Below, one piece after another: positions 49,901-61,770 of a stretch of 64,000 nucleotides of DNA (positions within the stretch are counted from its first letter, which is position 1; each line of letters begins with the position of its first letter). This DNA is from Tubiluchus corallicola (Eukaryota > Animalia > Priapulida). A program made the translations under genes and the position numbers. The DNA lies in assembly GCA_030141605.1 (NCBI GenBank), contig JAQGDQ010000289.1, positions 231,520-295,519 of the forward strand, written 5' to 3'. Below the pieces are notes generated by a model. The model made no database searches, was not told the origin of the DNA, and was given only the letters and a program-made list of their open reading frames with translations.

Positions 49901-52728
49901 TTAAGAAACTGAAGGCATGTATAAATGGCCTAATGGCACGTAGGCGCCTGTTTTAGCATCTCATCACTTTGTTGTTCGAGGCTCGACCTAAATCGCTACT
50001 CATCTGGATATTTATGTTGTCGTTGTTATTGTTGCTCTTGTTGGGTGATAATATTTTGAAAAAAAGCCTAATGTTCGGCGAATTTCTTATGATTTGACAT
50101 GAAACAATATACTAGGACAAATTCTGCACCGAGTGGCGTAAGTTGCATTTTTGATTTAGCATCTTGAATTCAAGACGGCGGTGATAATATTATTTTTGAA
50201 AACTCCGATTAAACCATTTTAACTACCCTTTTTTAAATCTTTGCATTTTATCTCGACTTTTGATAATAATTTTAACTGCAGCTAACACTCTGTCAGTTTT
50301 AGATCTTGAACCGTGATGGTTTCTATGGTGATAGTGGTCGGTGATAATGACTCCGATGGAAAGTTTCCCAAGGCCTGGTCAGACTGCATAATCACGCCAA
50401 TATTAAAGAAAAGGAAACTCTTCAGATCCCTCTAACTACAGAGGAACTCTTCAGACCCCTCTAACTACACAGGAATCTCAATTAACAATGGTCTCAGTAA
50501 ATGTTTTTTGTAAAATACCAAACCTTAAACTTGAAGCTGGTGTAAGAAACAGAACTTAATCTTTTAAGGAAGAATTTGGTTTTAAACGCAGCTGTCAAAC
50601 AGCTGACCATATATTTACTCTTAAAACAGTCATAGATAAATATATCAATCAAACTCCTGGGAAATACCTGTAAATTTGTTTTATCGATCTAAAGAAAGCA
50701 TTTGATACTATCTACAGACCCTTTCTACTTTATAAATAGCTGAAATTTGATTTTGGAATAAAATTTTATGTTATTCAAAACACGTATCAATCCAATGATG
50801 CCCAATTAAAAATCTTTCCGGGGAACTGTTCAGCGCCATTTCCCATTAAAGTGGGCGCCAAACAAGAATGTATCTTGAGTACCCTGTTATTTAATTTATT
50901 TCTCAATGACATTGTTGACATTTTTGATCAGTCACGTGACCCTCCAATACTAAATAACAGTAATGTTCATTTAACTATGTGTGCAGACGATATTGATATT
51001 TTTTACAACTCAGACAGGCTTGCAAAATTGAATTTATCGACTTAATTTTTGTTGTGATAAATGACTACTTAATATAAATAGTGAAAAGACAAAAGTGGTG
51101 GTATTTAATAAAGGAGGCCATAAAATCAATATGATAAACAAGCGTTTAAATTAGGTTCAGATAAGACAGAAATTGCGCAGAACTATACTTACCTGGGTAT
51201 CAATTTCAGTGAACGCGGTTCGTTCATAAAGGCAAAGCAGGAACAGCATAATAAAGCAATGAGGCCTTTTTTTCAAATTTAGACAAAAACTTCGAGGTCT
51301 TAATATGAATTATAAAATACTAAAAAGAATGTTTGACAGCTTAATAAAACCATCAGTCCTGTACTCAGCTGAATCATGGGAGTCATTCTTTTTTAACAAA
51401 CGAAAAGTAACAGCACGGTACGTATCGAAAACATATTTGATGACTTTTCCGACTAATAAATATTGAGTTATGCAAATTCGTTCTCGGTGTTGGGAAATAC
51501 GCTGTTAATCACACAGTACGTGGAGAACGTACTAATTAATTTACTGAAATCAAACTTCAAAATAACTACGCAAATTACTGGAAGGACAATGGCACCAAAT
51601 AAACGGTAAAAATATGAACGAAAAAAACAAGTTTCCAACTTATTTCAAGTTTAGAACCAGTTCGTAGAAGAAGGGTACTAGTTACTAATAAAAAAATCCC
51701 GATAAAAGAGTTAACTTTACAAAGTTGAGTATTATTTCGCACAACCTCCTTATTGAAAAAGGCCGATACACCCAAACAAAAATTCCATTAACAGACTATG
51801 CCGTTTTTGTTAAGATAAAAAAACTGATGACGAAAAGCATTTAATTCTTAAATGTAACTATTATAATGACTTAAAGTCTTAAACCATAGCTTGTTCTCTC
51901 ATGTCAAGGAAATTTTCCCAAACTATGTGAATGCAACGGTACAGGAGAAATTTATATTTTGATTAATGGAATTGAATTTCACCTTGCAAATTTAGTTTCA
52001 AATTATACTAGAGACCGTTTTGCAGGAAGAAAAATAAAATCTTACTCACAGGAAATCATATTCAATTGATAGCAAAAGCACAATATTGATATTATATTAA
52101 TTTTTAAACGTGTAAATATTGAAAACTGTTTAACCTCTACTATTTCTTTTACTGTTTCAATGTGACGATTATACCCAAGTGTTTGAGATGCTTTTTGTGT
52201 GATGTGTTACTTTTTTATGAACATTGTATTGTATATTGTACTATGTTTTTCGTTAACACATTATGTTAAAACCAAATTTTATAAATAAACATTTAGTAAC
52301 ATCGCAAGCAATTCGGAATCAAAATAAAACAAAACGTTATTTTTTCTAGTCATACTCAAGTCCACGTTAGCCAAATTTTAGATCAGCGTGCTAGACAGTT
52401 CTTTGCCTTCGGGACTGCCAAGTATCACGAACGTTATACATGGGTTGGAAAGGTCTTGTTCTTTGATAAGTATGGAAGCCAAATTGGTAAGTCATAAATT
52501 TTGAACCCTTCGTCCTACCAAAATAAGTGTTTTTTAAGAAAACACTTAATTTCACGCTTATGCGATTTTTTCATTAAAAATAACTGTAAATCAAAGCATT
52601 TAATAATTTGACCTATATTAATTTTGCTTGCAGTTAAACATGAAGAAGAAGACGAAGCAAAACTCAAGGAGGGAATTGAGAGACGACGAGAAGTTGGCCA
52701 AGCTTTTCTATTTCGTGATAGGGATTAA
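38605..52728 (+). CDS. Predicted secreted protein: signal peptide + WSC domain + aerolysin/ETX-MTX2-like beta-pore-forming domain (471 aa, 12 exons)
   Basis: Exons: 38605-38610, 39767-39819, 40186-40260, 40916-41094, 41630-41845, 43315-43401, 44236-44292, 44583-44759, 46130-46239, 49577-49800, 52350-52486, 52634-52728; total 1416 nt, all GT-AG, phases consistent, no internal stop. Signal peptide MKIQKQVALLAFAVLCCSSRVFA. WSC pattern YQGCY...C AVGC KNEGYILALTQDQLCVC...C DVTC PG...CCGG...SVY. C-terminal half LDNTDSPTENELAYVYEF...ETSSGYEKEVAVSTSI...VAASVPPFSFAEIRAFLEKDIYEIKWRASFFSSGF. Exons 9-11 are corroborated by the paralog; exons 1, 6 and 7 are less certain. Confidence 0.8.
41240..41370. repeat. 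(CTGA/CTGG)n degenerate tetranucleotide repeat
   Basis: Direct repeat tract in intron 4 of the WSC gene. Confidence 0.75.
46840..46966. repeat. (GA)n-rich microsatellite
   Basis: Direct GA/GAGC/GACA runs. Confidence 0.9.
47633..47738. repeat. Compound trinucleotide microsatellite (TGC)n-(TAC)n-(GAC/TAC)n
   Basis: Direct repeat tract; explains the poly-Y/D/V ORFs in the track. Confidence 0.9.
48364..48425. repeat. (CA)n/(CG)n alternating purine-pyrimidine microsatellite
   Basis: Direct repeat tract. Confidence 0.85.
48440..49460 (-). mobile_element. 5'-truncated decayed LINE (RT C-terminal half and tail) in intron 9 of the WSC-aerolysin-like gene
   Basis: Reads FKVANGVCQGAKMSPILFNL...INHLMFPDDGCLLA (GVxQG..LSP.LF and decayed YADD motifs), then DIIRQRSLFYARANRVLRKFHCCSLNVKTHLFNSYC. 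Confidence 0.85.
50350..52272 (+). mobile_element. 5'-truncated decayed LINE (RT domain to 3' end) in intron 10 of the WSC-aerolysin-like gene
   Basis: Reads GKFPKAW..IITPILKK, DPSNYRG/TGISI, GFK...TADHIFTLKTVIDKY, CFIDLKKAFD, GAKQECILSTLLFNLFLNDI, MCADDI, NYTYLGI, HNLLIEKGRY, RLCRFC..DDEKHLILKC, with AATAAA near 52283. A small internal duplication lies at 50416-50474. Confidence 0.9.
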
Positions 52729-54550
52729 ACTATGGTACAAAATATACAGTATATAAACCCACTAACTCGAGCTGCACAAATGAAGTACAAAAGTTAATAG
52801 CAACGATTGAGAGTAACATTTGGGAATACTTAAAATTTGGTGATCCGGTGGACGGGACGAATAACCAGTTTGCTTGGTATTATTTCCTATATGTGCGCCA
52901 GCAGACTACATTTTGTCTGAGCGAATGGTCTCCCATTAGACTGAATTAAAACTGGCAACATTTGCTATAAATCGGGGATTTAGCAATGTTTTGTAGACCA
53001 TATTATTTTCGTACTTGCTATAATTACTAATATGATCAATTAAGGCAGATAAATGGTACGACGGGAATTAAACTATACAATAATTTTGTTTATGTTAAGC
53101 ATCTGAGCATATTTTAATTACTGATGTGTACTCTTGTTTACGTGTAAGATTTCATTTATTCATTGTAAAATTACATCCTTAAATATGCGTAGGTTTTTAA
53201 TTCACAAGCGAGTATTCATTTATGTATAGCATGAATTAGGTAGAGATTCAAATTTTGCGCTTGATCATATTGTTTTCATTCGCTCCACATATATTTTTGT
53301 TCGGTTTTTCGGTATCGGTTGATCACCGATTAGTGATATCGATCTTTGAAGTACTATGAATGTCATTAGAAGCTGGTTTCATTAAAAGATCTTGTCGTGG
53401 CGGAAACGCATGTCATAATATTGGTAATGTCAATGTACATAAATCAACATGTAAACTATTGATTTGTCGACTGTCTTCTCATGTATTTGTTAATTTGAAC
53501 TTTTCTTTGCTCTTGTGAAATTTTAAATTTGATTTAAAATTGTAAATACTTTAAAGTATTTTAAATACAAAAATCAGTGACTTTAATATTCAGAGCAAGC
53601 TAATTAGGTCAACAACTTTTTAGATAACCCTCCTTCTTGATGGCCTGTGTTTTAACTAGCCTGAAAATTAAATAATCGTCGCGGTGAACAACATTCTCAG
53701 AGAACTTAACCTTGGGGGTAACATCTATTTTGAATACCCCTTAATTAATAAGTTTCTAGAATTCAGTGTCATTTTTGAAATTTGAGATAGTGCAAAACCT
53801 AACGCAGTGATGATAATTTGATAATGAAGGGATCATGACGACGATGACAAATACATGTACATGTATAATGAATTTAGCAGGTTGGTAATTGCACCGAGTC
53901 TTGCCCCAAACTACGTAATTACAATTCACGTCCATGACTAAATAAATAACTTCACGATAGTTACTCGATCAATCAGTTCAGTCTTAAACTTACTTTAATT
54001 TTTTACGTCAATAGATGTCACTCGCCTAATGCAATATATACCATTAAAAGTATTTGCGGTAACTTGCGTTACCGCCTACTGAAAACATTCGTAAACTAAT
54101 AAAAGTATTACTACTAAGTACTAATACTAGTAATAGTTGAACCATGTCATTAATTATAAATAGTACAAATCTAATTATGTCAATGACCTTTGATTTCTCA
54201 CGTCAAATAACCATGATTACTCAAGCAACGAAAAAGTGCCCACATTGGTTAGAACTCAAGTACTACTAGCAACGAATCGTGGTCATTAAACAGTATTCTG
54301 GAGCCTAAAATGTCCAACGTGATAAAATTAATCCACACCGAATTATTAAACCTGACTAAACTGGAGAAAATATGAAAATCTTCATACAGTTACCCGAATT
54401 TGGAAGAAGGACCTTTGGAAGAATATCTAGGCTCAGTCTAGACTTTTTCACATTTGCTCAATTTCGGTCACGTTTAGTATCAGAAATTTAATAAACGCTG
54501 GTTTATTCCAATATTGGTTAATTACTAATTTTGAAATTAATATTAAAGGT

Positions 54551-55790
54551 TGTGACGTCTGTGATGTCAATCTGGAATATAAGAGCTACCCAACAGCATT
54601 GCAACCCCTTTTAATATAGTTGTTGTATTCAGTATGATTTTGTGTATGTCCCATACTAGCATTAATAGCTTAATTTAGCTAATTGCTTATGTTAATTGAA
54701 TGAGTCATTAGTTAGTTACTCATTAAGCGAATTTATCTACTACAATAAGGCAAGTTGTGACTGTACTTATATGAGCATGCACCTAGTTAGCTCTGGGAAG
54801 GGTCCCACCTCATACCTGTCCTAGATCTCCTTTACAAGAAAAAAAGTGATTGGTCAAACGCTCAACTGAACAGGCTATCTAGCCAATAAACCGTCGTGTT
54901 ACAGGACAAGATCATCCTGTTTTATCTGTTTTAGAAATTGAAACCAGGTTCAAAACAATGTGTCGAACATGCTAATCCAGTGAGGTCGTGCAATATGACT
55001 TCCGACGAACATTTATTAGCAATCGAAGTCAAGACTTAATTGCTGTGGGGACAGAAAGTGGTTAAAGGGCAATGACACACCAAAGGGTTAGGTATTCGAG
55101 CCGTGAGGCGAAAACACCAATAAACTGGCTATTATTCGTTATTTGACGTACTGCTGTAAACGGAAATTCAGGAGATCTGGTGCAGAAACAACCAGGCGAT
55201 GACCAGACGTTGTATCAATGGTAGTTTCACGAGCTCTACGGATCAGGACTCCACTGCACTCAACTAGGATTGTAGAAGTGACCACGCAAGATTCCACCCC
55301 CTGCTCGGACTTTGGAAGAGTAACTGTTCAAGATTCCACGAAGTTCGCATAACCAGTTAGTCACGTTATTCCAGCTTCCAGAGTGATGGAGAACGTCAAA
55401 TATTGGAATCCGACAGCTTCCGATTGCAGTCACTACAACTGATAAGTATACTTACCTTACATCCTTCTCCCTCACCTGGGTTGGCCTAACTAGTCTTCTG
55501 TTTATCTTAGATTATCTAGTAACGTCGTTTGTAATTATAACAACTTTGTTGTTGTTTTGGATTAAAGTGAATTGTTTTTAGTTCTTATTATCTTATTAAA
55601 CCAAGAATTTATCGGTAATGTTAAAAACTGATTTGTTTGCTTCTATTCGGAATACATGTCTGTGAACTATGCTTGAATGGAAAGGTTCACTGAACCCACG
55701 TGTCAGCACGTATCAGAAATTAGTAGAAAAAGTGTTTGTGGTGTCGTAACGAAAGCGCCCCATATCACAAGTGGTGCCCCACATATCACA
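54551..55790 (+). mobile_element. Solo LTR-like element with 5-bp TSD
   Basis: Termini TGTGA (54551) and TCACA (55790) are inverted, and AAGGT flanks both sides (54546-54550, 55791-55795). Internal AATAAA/ATTAAA motifs; no long ORF. Confidence 0.7.
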
Positions 55791-55975
55791 AAGGTATTTA
55801 ATCCAGCCACCATGTATAAAAATTATAATACGATCATACTGTAGATGCCAGTGATTATGAAGTCATTGGTCATTGGCTTACTCTGACAGCTTCTGGATAT
55901 GATGGACTTATGATGACATTAAATGCTTCTCTGGTATCATCAGCAGTTTTTCCCACAGCATCGAAAATCATTTTC

Positions 55976-57324
55976 TTTGTTTTACCTACTTGGTTGTTTA
56001 GATATCTTGCGCAGCCATCTCGGATGCTGTTACAGACCGCCAGTTGGTAGTTTTAGAACACTGCTAACGCCCACAATATTAGTGATGCGCGATTAATAAA
56101 TTAATCGAGATTACAACCATGTATAAATCGATTTATTTGACGATTGAACAGTAATTCAGTTAATCGTGAGCAAAATGTACGTGTTACACATTGACTAAAA
56201 AGAAGTATGTTAGCACAAATAAACCGAATCTTTGCGTTTTTTCTTCATTTTCTCATCTTCCACAGTGCACACAATTGTAAACCACAGTGTTGCAAACTGT
56301 GGCTTCCAATTTCGTTGACATGTGACGCGTGTGATGTAGTTAACGAAAAAGCAGGTGTGTGTCTAAAAAAACAGTTTCCGACTATGAAAATGGCAGGCAA
56401 CGATGAAGCTGTGAAGAAGTTATAGGCTATATTTCACTACAATCATTGAAAAATGCGGCTAAAACACTAAAAATCCTCGCAAAAAGTTAATCCTGATATC
56501 GAATTACAAAAACAAGATTATAATTGAATTGCAAAATTTCAAAATCGCCCACACATAATATGTCACGTGACCTCATTTGCCTTCCTAGTGATCCGGGTAA
56601 CTGTACAGTATCTGTTTCTTTGTGCATGTTTGTAAAGCCTATGTAGTGCCATTGCAATTTTACAGTCCAGCAAAAATTTCGTTTTTAACTTAGTATTTTT
56701 TAAAACTTTATACCTGCCACGTGTCACGTGCCTGCTTAGTTCAAAATATACCAGGTGGCGAAAAAAAGATATGCTACAGTTTTGATCACGATATTATAAA
56801 CAAATAACGGATTCGTCTGAAAATTACTACACAGATGTCACATACGCTTTTGTATAAACAGCAAAAATTTTGTGTCATTCCCTTAGATTTTTCCAAAAAT
56901 ACCGGCGTTTTAAATCAACAAACCAAATAAATAAATAAATGTCGAAAAAGATTTTGTACGCCACTATTGTTAAAAAATTTTCAGCAAGTGCGCTGCGTTC
57001 AGCATTGACGTTTCTTCCAATTGCCGATATCTCTCACCAAGGGGTATTTTGTCCCAGCACTCGAAACATTCTTTACTTTAGTTTAGAGTTATATCCAATG
57101 TTCAAAGTTTAATATTCTAAGTTAAAAGAGAGATGGTTCCTAGGACTGTAAAACCTGCAATAGCACTACACAGGTTTTACAAATATGTACAAAAATGGGA
57201 AGGAAAATGCGGACAAGTAACATATTTTGGGCGTTAGCAGTGTACTAAAACTACCAACTGGTACCTGTAAGAGCATCCGAGATGGCTGTGCAAGATCTCC
57301 AAGCAACCATGTAGGTAAAACAAA
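55976..57324. mobile_element. Element bounded by about 98-bp imperfect inverted repeats (MITE/foldback-like)
   Basis: 55976-56073 (TTTGTTTTACCTAC...CAGCCATCTCGGATGCT...CAGTTGGTAGTTTTAG.ACACTGCTAACGCCCA) is the approximate reverse complement of 57228-57324. Confidence 0.8.
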
Positions 57325-60300
57325 CAGCTCTATACGAGACAGTCGTACATACTCTATGACCTTTAAATGAATTCCAAATATCGTAGTTCAGAAGATTAAA
57401 TCCTTTTTTTCTTGACAACAAATTCTATTAATACTTTCTGTGAAGACCGTGTTGCAGACTAGTCGATTGTTTTGCTACCCCGTATTGACTGCTTTGATAC
57501 GTTAACATGGGGGATTTACATAATACAAGCATGGGGGCATGAGACCCATAAACAAGCTTGTTGTAATGCAGAGTTTGATAACGCGTTTATTTTGGCAAAG
57601 ACTAAGTCTCCTTTTGATTTGACAATATTTATGAAAATGTTTTACGAGGCAAAAAAATAAAAAAATGTTAAATTCTGAAATGCAAAGTGATTTTTTGTAA
57701 CAACCGTTCAATTTCTTTATCTCCGTCCAATCTCCATGTTAAATGATTAAAGCGCCTATAATAAAATTTAATCATGAACCAACGCATACATTTTCTAAAA
57801 GACCAACTATGTCCTTCTGCATCAGGCAGGATACCATCACATGTACCCTTTTCATTCAAGAAAAATTAATGCAACGATTTAGCTAGTTTAAAAGTTTCTG
57901 GAACCCTCGTTCTAATTTTAACATATTAAAAACAAAAATGAAACTCAAGTTTTGCCTTTAATAGTCTATACCTGTAACAATCACATGCATATAATACATG
58001 ACAGCAATATTCACTGTAGAACTGCATGGCATAAATTTTCCGATATTATCCGCATAAAACTAATTCGTCAGTAACATAGAATTTTGGAAAAACTAGGAGT
58101 TAAAGAAGGATCGTCGAGACAACATGAACTCGATTTTTTTAATTTACTCATGCCCACGAGTTCTATCAGGTCCATGCGATGTGTGTGTCCATGCGATAGC
58201 TAAAACGGCAAACATAACTAGGACTTAACAGGCCTACTGTTTCGTCAACTACTTATGCCAACAACAACGTAGAGTTTATTTTTATTATTATTATTTTAGT
58301 TTAGTTTAGCTTAGTTTCCAAAATACCATGACATATGTACATCATTACATACATTACGATACAAAAAGTATTGCTGCAACAAACAAAACAAAAATTAAAA
58401 AATTCAGATATTCAAATATCTGGTCAGGGAACAATAGTGCATTTGGCTATGAATCTGGAAGCCTTTCATATTATTGTCGTATGCAATTAAGTGCCAAGTG
58501 ATTTTTAAAAGTACTAAAACATATATATCCTGCTGTAAATAATTGTGTTTTTCGCAAAAATGATTTACAAGCATTTAGCAATACTAATTTATGAAAGTTA
58601 GACATTTTTATCTCTGAATTCAGTATTACTCTTAGGAATGTACATAACATGTACATTAATACAAATGTTGCTTACACTTGCACAAAAGAATGCAGACGCT
58701 TTTTAGCGACACATCAAACCGGGCGTTTTTTTCAGCATTTTTAGACTGATGCAGATTTCTTCATCGCATCTTGTGTAATCATTTTTTCTGTATTTTCAAA
58801 TTCTGACAACAGTCATTTCAGGCATTCTCCGTCCCCTTGCTCGCGTAGCCTGCAGCAAGGGCGTGTGTAGACGAATATGTGAATAAAACTAATTCCAGTG
58901 ACGTTCACGTTACGACTTCAAAACTTAATAATCATGATAATATTTTGTTTTTCGTTATATTCAAATAGGCTGAATATGATAACGTTAAAGTTTTTTTATA
59001 AAATCGCCAACATTGGTAGTATAGCATGAAAGCATCGAAACCTTTTTTCAATTTTTATTTATCATCCAGAGCTGTTAGAGAAGCCGTTAAGGTGTCCAGA
59101 AATCTCTTGTTATGGGTTCGCGATTGACGAAAGCTTCCTTTGCTGTCTGTCTTTACTTCAGAGCCTACAATTACAAGAGAGCCTAATTAGTTAAGACAGC
59201 CCTCCTGAAGGAACCATACATATAATTTGCTCAATTAAAGGAAGTGATATATATATATATATGTCATTTCTTGTAATTGAGCAAATTCACTAGTGGAACT
59301 GCATCTTTGTATTGATCACTTCACAATGAATATAAAGTAGCACGGGTACCTAAAGTGCAAAACAACGTACTTATTAAAAAAATAATCACAACAGGAACCA
59401 AACGGCCGAACTACGATTCATTAGAATTCTAGTGGTGTCAAACGTGGTAGCAATTTTAATTGGTACGTATATACTATGCTCTTTATATGTAACTATACAG
59501 CGATTTTACACCCCTGCCCTAGCGTCTGCATGGTGACGGAAGAAAATGGCGCAAAACGTCAAAAAGTAGACTCGGAAAGTTTTCAGAGTAAGAGTTTTCC
59601 ACAAGATGAACATCGTTTGTCAATTAGCTGCAAAGTAAAGTGAAAATCAAATTGGTGACGGGCTTCTGGTACACTGATTTTTCACTATTGACGGTTCAAG
59701 GAAAATCATTTCTTCAACTTTCTGGCGTGTTTTGCGATAATGACGATTATTTCACTGGAAGCTTAAAAAAGCTAAAGAAAGATTGACATATCTCAAACAT
59801 GTTGTGAAGCTTGTGCATGGTGCAATGAGAAGGGATGTCACGAATGAAGACGAAAAAACGCAATGTATAATTGTATATGTGTGATGATCGGTTATACCAC
59901 CCATCATTGTCGCAACACCTATTTTGATATATCTTTCCTATGACATTGTGTGTGCATAATTAATGATCTGAGTACCTGATTGATTTATTGCACTGTTTAT
60001 TTAAATTTATATTACAATTGTGTGTTTTTGTAAGATTTTGACACTAGATGGCTCTGGCCGCTTATTTCTCTGCTTACCTGTAATTAGGTTACCTGAAAAT
60101 TCGAATACCAAATGGCTTCAACCTGTTTTGGGAGCTTACTACAGAGTTTGGCTTTTACACTAGTTATGTTCTGACTGTCGAAGTTACAGGGTGGTGGAGT
60201 TTTGCTGGTTAGTCCACATCCTGTGGTTATTTTATATGGCTGAACACCAAGTTTGGTGTGAACCTGTCTTTAATGGCACTCGTATGCAGTGAGATGTTTT

Positions 60301-61770
60301 ATCACAAAGACAATGATTTTGCCTACTTTTGTTTGTTCATTGTTTGCTGAATAGTAGTGGAAAACCAGTCAAGGACCAGTTCTACCTGGACCAATGGTCT
60401 GTCTGTTCGTCTGAACTAACGGTTCTGTTCGTCACCCTGCGAAAGGACGATATCTGGCTTTATCACTGGAAGGCTGAGGCAACCAGGTACGAGTTCAACC
60501 GCTGGATTGCTGGAGCAGTTTTACAGCGTGGTCCATGCAGAGGCTGGATTGGTGACCATTGGCAAACAGTTGCTGGCGAGGACGTGGCTGACTGCTGGAG
60601 ATGAAAAGCTGATGTGGTATGGTTGGAGACTCAGGAGCGTGGTTGATAGATCCAAAGGCCAGATGAGAGACAGAAGCGTAGCTGGCCAACGTTGCTTTTG
60701 GGGGAATTAGGTATTGTTCGAATTTGTTATCAATTCAATTTCGCTATCACTGTTTTACTGATTAAATTCTAAATCTAAATATTAGCTTTTAGCTCCGTTT
60801 TCGTTCTGATTAAATAATTTGCACGTGCACACAAGTATTTCACCAGTGACACGGATTCACGTAGCCTACACAAATGAATGATTATCCTGTAGATTTAGCA
60901 TATAAAAGTGACGGAAACGCTCGAGAACCCTGAACACAGTACTCTGATTTCTTAACATCCTGATTTAATTATTACACGGCGTCACAATATGATCATTCAG
61001 AAAAAACACTTCCTGCAAATTCTTTAATAAAACAAAAATTACTAGTCAAAAAGGCATAAAAATTTAACAGAATAACAATGGATATATGTATTCTATAAAT
61101 AAAAAAATACTTGAAAGTTGTGTTTTTTTTGTTGAACTTTCCAAAAGTTGTATTTAAAATTGTACTTCCATAACAAAAAGGACATTTCCCAAAAGTTACT
61201 GTTTTAAATTGAAAAGTAACTCAGCCTGCTTTTGATGTTTCGTTATGTACATAACTTTGAAAACAACCTTGACTTGAGTCTTCTAGATTTTAGCATGTAG
61301 GAGAATTTATCTGAGCAGGTGTATTGCGCAAGAAAAGTCAAAGATGTTTATGGACTGAAAAACTTTTGCTTCAAGAATGGGCCGAAGTAACTCAAAAATG
61401 AGATTAATTCAGTTATTGACTAATTCCGACCTAGACTTCACAAAATGATCGAAATAGAAGGAAAGCACATATAATAATTTACCTAAGTTACGTAGATAAA
61501 GAAATATCATAAGGAGAGCTTCGTTTTCATTTTAAAACGGTAAAATTTTTGGAAAAATTTCCTTTCCTTTGTTACGAATACAGTTTAAACATCGCTTTTA
61601 AAAAGTTCAGCAAAATTAGAAGAGATCAACTTATAAACTTACAACTAATTTTTTCCTGTACACGTATTTATTCCTATTCTTGTTATACCCTTTTGACTTG
61701 TAATTTTTATTTTATTAAAGACTTTGCAGAGAATGCTTTCCTGGACGACCCTGTAACATTTCCTGCTGGT

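Noticed and set aside
57472-57859. Short ORFs on both strands as exons of an unknown gene
   Set aside because: No recognisable motif or consistent splice structure.
59530-59883. ATG-led segment MVTEENGAKRQKVDSESFQ with an NLS-like motif and a possible donor
   Set aside because: No convincing downstream exons, and neighbouring frames are interrupted. Possibly a decayed gene or transposon fragment that I cannot identify.
60029-60870. GC-richer block with TGTAAG...CCTACA ends, resembling a second solo LTR, and its overlapping ORFs
   Set aside because: No matching target-site duplication and no recognisable protein motif; left unassigned.
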